Assembly (NCBI GenBank): GCA_020137815.1
Contig: CM035355.1
Coordinates: forward strand, 6,696,001 to 6,760,000
DNA from: Hormiphora californensis
Lineage: Eukaryota; Animalia; Ctenophora
Length of the DNA stretch: 64,000 bases
Reading direction: 5' to 3'
Position 1 is the stretch's first letter. Each line of letters begins with the position of its first letter. This document shows positions 14,701 through 23,660 of the stretch, piece by piece. Position numbers and translations under genes: made by a program. Under the pieces are notes generated by a model that was not told where the DNA came from, did no database searches, and saw nothing but the letters and a program-made list of their open reading frames with translations.

Positions 14701-14705
14701 TCTGA
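8771..14705 (+). CDS. KY/hillarin/Cyk3-like transglutaminase-fold protein, probably catalytically inactive, with E/T/P/A-rich repeat; exon 2 interrupted by a foldback element
   Basis: Exons give ARAAFRWITCHI..PDSVLRKGGGEDAGFCSLFAAMCRECGL..VSGYVKDSGY.PG..QYWNTLEV..TVDCLRAAG..FSEFFWLPSPSQIIYSHFP, the TGc-like core pattern of the KY/hillarin family. A C-terminal LIGPLLGEL..VWAGEV module follows. Confidence 0.75.
9139..10480. mobile_element. 1.34-kb foldback (near-perfect palindromic) DNA element with TTAA (or TA) target duplication
   Basis: Termini TCCATGGAATTC/GAATTCCATGGA with TTAA at 9135-9138 and 10481-10484. The ~630-bp arms are almost perfectly complementary around a short spacer near 9790-9850. 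Confidence 0.9.
12605..12810 (+). mobile_element. 3' end fragment of an RTE-clade LINE
   Basis: Translates as LLWEPLHGHSRRGRPKQTFVDVLRRDTGL..MADRVEWR..*, the typical RTE ORF C-terminus, followed by an (AAGTC)4 tail. Confidence 0.75.
12959..13280. mobile_element. MITE, AAGTCGGATTTTTTGAA-TIR family (TA TSD, Tc1/mariner-like)
   Basis: TIR AAGTCGGATTTTTTGAAACTGTCACCCC / GGGGTGACAGTTTCAAAAAATCCGA. The same TIR occurs at 27664, 44333 and 44518. Confidence 0.8.
14070..14355 (+). repeat. Coding 18-bp minisatellite, (TPAxEG)n
   Basis: ACACCGGCCGCTGAAGGA-type units, in frame with the 13617-14705 ORF. Confidence 0.9.
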
Positions 14706-14805
14706 GAGAACAATATTAGGCAGTGTTTTGTTGTGTGCATGAAATAAGTTAGATCAGTATAAAATATCCCGAATTCTTCAATTATTTTCCTAAAATTCCA
14801 GTCTT

Positions 14806-17800
14806 TCACTTAGTGTCCAATACAGAATTCAGATCCTGGAGAGCGTTACTTGTCATTTTGGCCTTCTTTGCAGCCCCTTTACCCAAAACAAAACCATGTC
14901 TTCCCACCTTATCCTCCGTCGCTTTAACTTTAATACCCGCACCCGGGGCTGGCTTGTCCATATACAGCACATTCAACCTGTGAGTGAGAACTGTGTTAGG
15001 CCAGGGATGAAGGAGGATGAGGAAAAAGTAATGGAGGTAAGATTGTAACCTAAACGAATGCTAAAAACCATAAAACGATCAATTCGGACTTACTTTCTGA
15101 ACTTATCCACATCCGTTTTGGGTGCCCACTTTGGACCATCTAACATGAAGGCCCATTGGGGCCGGCGGTACACGGGGTACCGAGGTAGGGGCCGGTGGTA
15201 CACTGGACTTTCCTCACCATGCTTTCTGGTTAGGTCCGTTGCACTGGAGAGGGGGATGGGGGTGGTTAAAACAAGAGAAGGGGAGTGTTGGGAAACGATG
15301 TTAGTACAATTATAATGTCATAAGAATCAGACAGTTGGGTGATCGGATAACTGTTTATTAGCCTCATGTTTGATATTCAGAGTTTTTGTTATTCTCTCTG
15401 TGGCTGGACAAATGAATCAGACGGGTATAATGACGCTACCAGTTTCGAGGATCTACCTCTTCATCGGGCTACAAAAATAAATAGTGTTAATTATAAATAT
15501 ATAGTAAAAAACTAAAATCACACACGTCAATCAACATAAAATTATAAATCAGCACTTTAATAATAAACTAAACACCTCTATAGGCAACACTGTCGTACGG
15601 AATAGGAAACTGAGTGAAGGACATGAAGAGAGGGTACCGGTTGACAGCCAGAAATGTGGATCGAAAGGGTGCAAAACCTGCGAATTGATGGGGAGTAGCA
15701 CGAGGTTCCAGACCAACGGAGAATCGGTTGATTTGGATATGACGTTGAACTGCAAAACAGCCAATGTCATATACATAGCTCAGTGTAGGATATGTTTGGA
15801 GAATGGTGGACGGGAAACTACTTACATTGGGCAAACCACGACACCTCTCCACATCAGATTTAACGGACACAGGAACAAGTTCAAAATAGACACTAATCTC
15901 AGTTTTGAGAAAAGTGCCTTGAGTCTCCACTGCTTCCTCAGACACAAAAACAATTTCGACTTAAAACTCTTTAATGTAGGGATCATAAGGCAGGTGCCAG
16001 CGGTAGAGTTGGATAGATTCGAGGGGAGATATATAGAACAGTTAAATACTAAAGTTTTTGGCCTTAATAGGATGGTGGTAGTGAGATGAGGGATTTTATA
16101 CATTTTATACAATTTTGCACATTTTTCAATTCATGTACTGTTTTGCAGTGCTGGGCGGAGGGCGCCGCGACACAGTTGCGTTCTCTGGCGCGCAAAACGC
16201 GCGCTAGTCCCTGTTTTGAGTGGCTGCGGGTTGTAAAATGAGTTGAAAAATGTGCAAAAATTGTTTAGCTTGACCATTTTTGAGCAGTTTTTTTAGCGTG
16301 ATGGGTTTTTGTATCTCATGTTTAACATCTTTCTCTTTTAGCTGATGATGCTGGATGTTTATATGATCTAGCGAAAACGTTTCAAGAAACCCTGTGTATT
16401 GTTCTGCGTCCATCCATAAATAAACTAAACACTGTACAGAGGAGCAAGTCTCATATGATCAGTACAGAGTGAACTGAAGTTACCGTTACAATACAGCAGG
16501 TGAGATGAAGTGATAAACAAATAGGGCGTGCATGAGGTGATACACAAGGACTATCACAAATTAATACAAACTATTACGCACACAAACACACGAACCCACT
16601 GGACAACAACAACAACAGCAACTAAATATTAAATTAAATATCTCGTAAGTTCGGAACATTCCTCTTTATTGTTCATACCAGGTCTCAGTTTCTGTATATA
16701 CATGGCCTCTAAAATTTTCCTCTTTAAAATGTTTCTCTCGGTGGTTAATATCTTAAAACTGAGTTTTGGGGGTGTGTTTTTATGACGTGATGTGTAATGA
16801 ATGGCTAGAGGGGTATCAATGTAGCTCGGCGCATTAGGATTGTTAGCATTGCGGGAATGTTCTGACAATCTGTCGTGTACCGACCTACAAGACTCTCCCA
16901 CATAGATTTCACCACACAATAAACATGTTATCTGGTACACTGGTGACATGGTGTTACACGAGCCCTTCTCGAGTCTTTCACAAATATTACAATTTTTCGC
17001 AAGACACTCTAGATTGTCGTGAGGTCGTGAGCTACATAGCATGTCTCTCAAGCGGGTGCCTGGGGTGAAGACTAAATCGATTGGCAGAGCTCTGGCGGTG
17101 ATAAACTTACGTATTTCACCACTCACAGTTTCAGAAACATACGGTAATTTCAACATCACATTGTTATTACCCTTTGTCAACCTACCCCGGGTTCTCTGTT
17201 CTCCAAATTGTCTGGGGTGTTCATACCCATTAGCTAAAAGAAGTCTGTCAGTAATGGAATCTGATCCCCAGTCATCTGAGCAACATACACACGCACCTCA
17301 AACAGTTAGCTGAACTCCCACCAGAACAGCTGAAGGGTAAGCACTTCTGCTCAGCAGACATTTCAGCTCTATACACCAATCTTGTGATCGAGGATTGTGT
17401 GAAGGATGTCATTGACTTTGCTGCTGAGAATAGAGAGCTCCTGAATCTCCGTGAGTTGCACCTCTGTGACGTGCACCAGATCCTGGAATTGGTGCTAACT
17501 AACTCCTACTTCACTTACTGTGGTAGAGTATACAAACAGTTGGTTGGTTTGTTTATGGGCTGTCGACCAAGTCCTATTGCTGCAGTTATTCGAGTTTACA
17601 AATTTGAGAGGGCAACCATCTATACCGACGTGAAATTCATCTCTTTATCATTGTACGGCCGGTACATTGATGATGCCTGGACGCTCGCAGATAACAGGGA
17701 AACCGCCATCTCTCTTTTCAATAACATTGCCCGACAAGATCCGAGAGAATTGTTAAAATGGGAGGTGGATTTTCCTGAGGACGGAGATTTTACACCATTC

Positions 17801-20800
17801 CTTGGCACTGAGATTCGAATTACTGATGATAAGCTGGAATCTAAGTTCTATCGAAAAGGTACGAGAAAGGACATCACCCTGCACTTCCGGTCTCACCATC
17901 CTCTGGAAACAAAAGTGCAGACAGTACGCAACTTCTACAGAACTGCAGAGATCTCATCATCTAACCCGGAATTATTGGAACAGTCCTTAGCCATTACTGA
18001 CAGACTTCTTTTAGCTAATGGGTATGAACACCCCAGACAATTTGGAGAACAGAGAACCCGGGGTAGGTTGACAAAGGGTAATAACAATGTGATGTTGAAA
18101 TTACCGTATGTTTCTGAAACTGTGAGTGGTGAAATACGTAAGTTTATCACCGCCAGAGCTCTGCCAATCGATTTAGTCTTCACCCCAGGCACCCGCTTGA
18201 GAGACATGCTATGTAGCTCACGACCTCACGACAATCTAGAGTGTCTTGCGAAAAATTGTAATATTTGTGAAAGACTCGAGAAGGGCTCGTGTAACACCAT
18301 GTCACCAGTGTACCAGATAACATGTTTATTGTGTGGTGAAATCTATGTGGGAGAGTCTTGTAGGTCGGTACACGACAGATTGTCAGAACATTCCCGCAAT
18401 GCTAACAATCCTAATGCGCCGAGCTACATTGATACCCCTCTAGCCATTCATTACACATCACGTCATAAAAACACACCCCCAAAACTCAGTTTTAAGATAT
18501 TAACCACCGAGAGAAACATTTTAAAGAGGAAAATTTTAGAGGCCATGTATATACAGAAACTGAGACCTGGTATGAACAATAAAGAGGAATGTTCCGAACT
18601 TACGAGATATTTAATTTAATATTTAGTTGCTGTTGTTGTTGTTGTCCAGTGGGTTCGTGTGTTTGTGTGCGTAATAGTTTGTATTAATTTGTGATAGTCC
18701 TTGTGTATCACCTCATGCACGCCCTATTTGTTTATCACTTCATCTCACCTGCTGTATTGTAACGGTAACTTCAGTTCACTCTGTACTGATCATATGAGAC
18801 TTGCTCCTCTGTACAGTGTTTAGTTTATTATTAAAGTGCTGATTTATAATTTTATGTTGATTGACGTGTGTGATTTTAGTTTTTTACTATATATTTATAA
18901 TTAACACTATTTATTTTTGTAGCCCGATGAAGAGGTAGATCCTCGAAACTGGTAGCGTCATTATACCCGTCTGATTCATTTGTCCAGCCACAGAGAGAAT
19001 AACAAAAACTCTGAATATCAAACATGAGGCTAATAAACAGTTATCCGATCACCCAACTGTCTACTATCGTCCTTTCTCCACAACAGTTCGGATTGGCTCG
19101 AGCATTTTTAGCACATGGAGAGCGACTAAAATCGTTTGAACAGCGCCTAAACTTCTTGAAGCGATGTAAGTCCTCCCAGATCTTCCCGGCATTTATCCAG
19201 AACAATATTCACTTCTCCTCGGCGTTGCTGTTCCCATCCGGAACCCCCCATTGTGTTACTCGCATGCTAGGTGCGATTAAGCTGCAGGCCCTCCGTATCG
19301 CTATCGCCAATCACTTCAATCTAATCAGTCAGGAGAAGCATCGAATCATTGAATCCAGACAGAGACTGTCCAGTTATTGTTCCAGTTCAGTATATTATTT
19401 TGTCCAGTCTGTCTTTGAGGAAAATAATGAGAGGATGAAGAGTGAGATTAAGAGGAAACTTAAGGGGAAATTTGAGTTGCAGCGTACCCGACAACGCCCG
19501 GTCCCGCCCGAACCTACAACTCCTACACCACAACATCTTGCTTCCCCTCCGTCCATGAAACCTGAAAGTGTCCCAGAGGAGCGTGTGACAAACCTTTTGA
19601 CCGTTTTGTCGCCCCAAGAAAAAGCGGTTCTTGAGTTAGGTCCCAACTTTGCATTGACCCCTACTGTGGGAGACAGATTCATATCAGAGGTCAACGCAGA
19701 ACTCGCGGCTTGTGCCTACCGACTCAGGTGGCAACAGTCTTCCCTCGAACGGGACACAGTGCCCACACGGCTGCAGGTATGGAGACAGGACAAGATACCT
19801 ACCAACAGGAGGTTCATCAACCCACCCCCACCAGCTAGTACTGAGATGGAGGAGAACCTTCGACAGCTGCAGAAGAAAATCCACGTGCAACTGGAACACA
19901 CCAAGATCCAGTTCAATCTCTCACACCAGGAAGCAGCTGGTCTGAAATCTCTCAAATCCCGTCTCCATGACATACATATCTCGGTTAGTGATAAGGGTGG
20001 TGAGTTCGTGGTAACAGATCGCAACCTGCAACAACAATTGACACAGACTCATTTAGATACTAACTCAGGTGTGTATCAAATCATACACCCCACTAGAAAA
20101 TTGAAGGGAGAGTGGGTGGATGTACGTCGACCAACCCAGACTACATACCAAAATCAGATCTCTTGGTATGTTTCCCACCTCGAAAATGAATGCAATCACC
20201 TGTGGGGAGATATCTGTGTGTCGAGAGGTTTTGGGGATCAAATGTACAAGGCACTAAAGACGACCAACACTCGTCTGCCATGTATGTATGTTCTCGTAAA
20301 GACCCATAAGTTCAATGCTGACTCCCTATGCTCTCCAACAGACATCTTAGAGCAAGGGAAGGTGCGGCCAATTGTGTCATGTGTCGGATCCCCCTCGGAG
20401 AAATTGGCTGCTCTGGTAACCCAGATCCTGAGTCCCCTCCTGAATCTGATCCCCAGTCATCTGAGCAACATACACACGCACCTCAAACAGTTAGCTGAAC
20501 TCCCACCAGAACAGCTGAAGGGTAAGCACTTCTGCTCAGCAGACATTTCAGCTCTATACACCAATCTTGTGATCGAGGATTGTGTGAAGGATGTCATTGA
20601 CTTTGCTGCTGAGAATAGAGAGCTCCTGAATCTCCGTGAGTTGCACCTCTGTGACGTGCACCAGATCCTGGAATTGGTGCTAACTAACTCCTACTTCACT
20701 TACTGTGGTAGAGTATACAAACAGTTGGTTGGTTTGTTTATGGGCTGTCGACCAAGTCCTATTGCTGCAGTTATTCGAGTTTACAAATTTGAGAGGGCAA

Positions 20801-23189
20801 CCATCTATACCGACGTGAAATTCATCTCTTTATCATTGTACGGCCGGTACATTGATGATGCCTGGACGCTCGCAGATAACAGGGAAACCGCCATCTCTCT
20901 TTTCAATAACATTGCCCGACAAGATCCGAGAGAATTGTTAAAATGGGAGGTGGATTTTCCTGAGGACGGAGATTTTACACCATTCCTTGGCACTGAGATT
21001 CGAATTACTGATGATAAGCTGGAATCTAAGTTCTATCGAAAAGGTACGAGAAAGGACATCACCCTGCACTTCCGGTCTCACCATCCTCTGGAAACAAAAG
21101 TGCAGACAGTACGCAACTTCTACAGAACTGCAGAGATCTCATCATCTAACCCGGAATTATTGGAACAGTCCTTAGCCATTACTGACAGACTTCTTTTAGC
21201 TAATGGGTATGAACACCCCAGACAATTTGGAGAACAGAGAACCCGGGGTAGGTTGACAAAGGGTAATAACAATGTGATGTTGAAATTACCGTATGTTTCT
21301 GAAACTGTGAGTGGTGAAATACGTAAGTTTATCACCGCCAGAGCTCTGCCAATCGATTTAGTCTTCACCCCAGGCACCCGCTTGAGAGACATGCTATGTA
21401 GCTCACGACCTCACGACAATCTAGAGTGTCTTGCGAAAAATTGTAATATTTGTGAAAGACTCGAGAAGGGCTCGTGTAACACCATGTCACCAGTGTACCA
21501 GATAACATGTTTATTGTGTGGTGAAATCTATGTGGGAGAGTCTTGTAGGTCGGTACACGACAGATTGTCAGAACATTCCCGCAATGCTAACAATCCTAAT
21601 GCGCCGAGCTACATTGATACCCCTCTAGCCATTCATTACACATCACGTCATAAAAACACACCCCCAAAACTCAGTTTTAAGATATTAACCACCGAGAGAA
21701 ACATTTTAAAGAGGAAAATTTTAGAGGCCATGTATATACAGAAACTGAGACCTGGTATGAACAATAAAGAGGAATGTTCCGAACTTACGAGATATTTAAT
21801 TTAATATTTAGTTGCTGTTGTTGTTGTTGTCCAGTGGGTTCGTGTGTTTGTGTGCGTAATAGTTTGTATTAATTTGTGATAGTCCTTGTGTATCACCTCA
21901 TGCACGCCCTATTTGTTTATCACTTCATCTCACCTGCTGTATTGTAACGGTAACTTCAGTTCACTCTGTACTGATCATATGAGACTTGCTCCTCTGTACA
22001 GTGTTTAGTTTATTATTAAAGTGCTGATTTATAATTTTATGTTGATTGACGTGTGTGATTTTAGTTTTTTACTATATATTTATAATTAACACTATTTATT
22101 TTTGTAGCCCGATGAAGAGGTAGATCCTCGAAACTGGTAGCGTCATTATACCCGTCTGATTCATTTGTCCAGCCACAGAGAGAATAACAAAAACTCTGAA
22201 TGTCATAAGAATCGAACTGCTGAAATATGGAACATAATCTATCAGAGCATTGGCCTGACCCTGTTCTCATTTATTTCAAATAAGAACCGCAATCAGAGCT
22301 GTATTGGCCCGATAGAACAAACCTGATAAAGTTGATGTCAGTAAAGGTGTCGTCAATGTAACGAGTGGCAGTGTTCAGTAACCTATGGTTGTAACCCTTG
22401 AACACCATCCTACATTGCTTAACATTGGAGTTTTGTAGCACTTTATACGCTCTGTTTAGCAACATTTTTACCGTCTTCTCTGAGGGAGGGGGGGGGTATA
22501 AAATGTTACCAATGTGGATTTTGGGATACCGATGTTCATTGAGCATGCACAACAATATATGTACAGAGAGCGTTAGTGTGTATCAGCACAAGAAAGAGAT
22601 ATCAAAATTACTTCCTCCTACAATATACAGTTTGCTTTATCATGATAATGGTCTCACCTTGTGTTCGTTGGTGCATTCCGTAAACCCGGATATCACTTGG
22701 AAAACACGTCCACAGTGCATCCAACTCATTTAACCTAGGGAAATAGGGAGCAATTTAGATGTTAATTTAGATATTGTTAGTTGCTAACTGAACGACAAAT
22801 GGTTCAGTTAGCAACACAAAATACACTTCATGTTGGGATCTAATTGACCAGGTAGAGCTGAGAGAAAGGTTGACCTACTTGTCCGGAGCATGGTATGAAA
22901 CAGCAAAATCAGAGTAAGAGGCATGAATCATCAGGACGGGAGTTTGGAAGTAGTTAGGATCAGAAAACAACTCCGCTTCCTTCTCGGTTACTTCCGTATT
23001 GGTTACCAAGACAGAACCAGTTATCGGCCTCCTGAATCTGTCCGCTTCTTTGTTTATTTCAACCCAATCATTTGCTTTGTTTGTTTTACAGCGAACCACA
23101 GAAACAGGTTTGCAAACAGAGCAGTTCACCTAACAGGATGAATGAAATTAGTAATCCTGTTCATCGCTTATAATATACTCGTGTTGGTA

Positions 23190-23234
<45 letters not shown>

Positions 23235-23238
23235 CGTA

Positions 23239-23299
<61 letters not shown>

Positions 23300-23353
23300 C
23301 ACCTCAGAAAGTAATCCCCTGGCTGCTCGACATGTTCTCCACACAACAGACAT
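14806..23353 (-). CDS. MRPS11: Divergent mitochondrial ribosomal protein uS11m-like; multi-exon, Penelope array in one intron
   Basis: Presequence-like N-terminus MSVVWRTCRAARGLL. PVLMIHASYSDFAVS resembles PIAHIKASxNNT, VKQCRMVFKGYNHR resembles IRVVVKGLGPGR, and INFISATDLTRKHG resembles LEVISITDNTPIPHNG. Splice phases match across the Penelope-containing intron (ATC AG|T GCA). Confidence 0.55.
15576..16418 (+). mobile_element. Second, 5'-truncated Penelope-like element (Neptune-like; GIY-YIG + 3' pseudo-LTR) nested in the inverted pLTR
   Basis: Open frame from the insert start reads ..KCGSKGCKTCELM..NCKTANVIYIAQCRIC..YIGQTTTPLHIRFNGHR..GLNR*. The 14-bp TSD AATAAACTAAACAC lies at 15562-15575 and 16419-16432. 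Confidence 0.9.
16335..16392 (+). ncRNA. Minimal type I hammerhead ribozyme motif of the nested PLE
   Basis: CTGATGA (16342-48), T, stem II GCTGGAT/ATCTAGC, GAAA (16373-76), then palindromic AAACGTTT stem III and UC cleavage site. Stem I is imperfect. Confidence 0.75.
16629..17257 (-). pseudogene. Inverted copy of the Penelope GIY-YIG region
   Basis: The translation is identical to the last ~183 aa of the full ORF, on the minus strand. Confidence 0.9.
17257..18619 (+). pseudogene. 5'-truncated tandem copy of the Penelope ORF
   Basis: The ORF-track translation is identical to the C-terminal 411 aa of 19024-21804. Confidence 0.9.
18916..18965 (+). ncRNA. Variant hammerhead-like motif in the main PLE pseudo-LTR (copies also at ~22101-22150 + and ~15426-15475 -)
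   Basis: CCGATGA (U4C variant), A, stem II GAGG/CCTC, GAAA, then CTGGTA (ACTGGT is self-complementary with wobble). Stem I is weak. Confidence 0.55.
19024..21804 (+). CDS. Intact Penelope-type reverse transcriptase + GIY-YIG endonuclease (926 aa)
   Basis: SDKGGEFVV, KTHK..RPIVS, DISALYTN, GLFMGCRPSP and YGRYIDD RT motifs, a CxxxCxxC linker, VYQITCLLCGEIYVGES..RLSEH, and a C-terminal EAMYIQKLRPGMNNKEEC resembling Nematis-clade PLEs. Confidence 0.95.
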   Translation: MRLINSYPITQLSTIVLSPQQFGLARAFLAHGERLKSFEQRLNFLKRCKSSQIFPAFIQNNIHFSSALLFPSGTPHCVTRMLGAIKLQALRIAIANHFNLISQEKHRIIESRQRLSSYCSSSVYYFVQSVFEENNERMKSEIKRKLKGKFELQRTRQRPVPPEPTTPTPQHLASPPSMKPESVPEERVTNLLTVLSPQEKAVLELGPNFALTPTVGDRFISEVNAELAACAYRLRWQQSSLERDTVPTRLQVWRQDKIPTNRRFINPPPPASTEMEENLRQLQKKIHVQLEHTKIQFNLSHQEAAGLKSLKSRLHDIHISVSDKGGEFVVTDRNLQQQLTQTHLDTNSGVYQIIHPTRKLKGEWVDVRRPTQTTYQNQISWYVSHLENECNHLWGDICVSRGFGDQMYKALKTTNTRLPCMYVLVKTHKFNADSLCSPTDILEQGKVRPIVSCVGSPSEKLAALVTQILSPLLNLIPSHLSNIHTHLKQLAELPPEQLKGKHFCSADISALYTNLVIEDCVKDVIDFAAENRELLNLRELHLCDVHQILELVLTNSYFTYCGRVYKQLVGLFMGCRPSPIAAVIRVYKFERATIYTDVKFISLSLYGRYIDDAWTLADNRETAISLFNNIARQDPRELLKWEVDFPEDGDFTPFLGTEIRITDDKLESKFYRKGTRKDITLHFRSHHPLETKVQTVRNFYRTAEISSSNPELLEQSLAITDRLLLANGYEHPRQFGEQRTRGRLTKGNNNVMLKLPYVSETVSGEIRKFITARALPIDLVFTPGTRLRDMLCSSRPHDNLECLAKNCNICERLEKGSCNTMSPVYQITCLLCGEIYVGESCRSVHDRLSEHSRNANNPNAPSYIDTPLAIHYTSRHKNTPPKLSFKILTTERNILKRKILEAMYIQKLRPGMNNKEECSELTRYLI
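23191..23298. repeat. (GTCT)n microsatellite in the first uS11m intron
   Basis: Direct reading of the sequence. Confidence 0.95.
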
Positions 23354-23660
23354 AGCTAGATGTACGTAAGTTTTAACTTTTAAGTTAAATTGGGAGAGTT
23401 ATACATGACACAGTACACGGATGAAATTGGGCAAATTATCATAAATCAAAAACAAAAACAAACTTTCTCAAAGAAACTCTTGAGACACTTTTTAGGGTCG
23501 GTGGTTTGTTGAATATATTAGGGGCTGTGACAGTGGCACACTGGCACACACGCTGGCACAGTAAGAGGGGGGGGGGACCCTATTAAAACATGTCAAAAAC
23601 TGTAACTCTTTCTCTTTCCCTCTAACACCCCAATAGTCTGTTTGTCCAATCATCTGTACA

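Larger units (their letters stand above)
15329..22201 (+). mobile_element. Penelope-like retroelement array (Nematis-like): inverted 5' arm + 5'-truncated copy + full-length copy with pseudo-LTRs
   Basis: AATGTCATAAGAATC is duplicated at 15314-15328 and 22199-22213 (TSD). 15329-17257, minus the nested insert, is the reverse complement of 17991-19062. 17257-19017 repeats 20442-22201. Confidence 0.95.
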
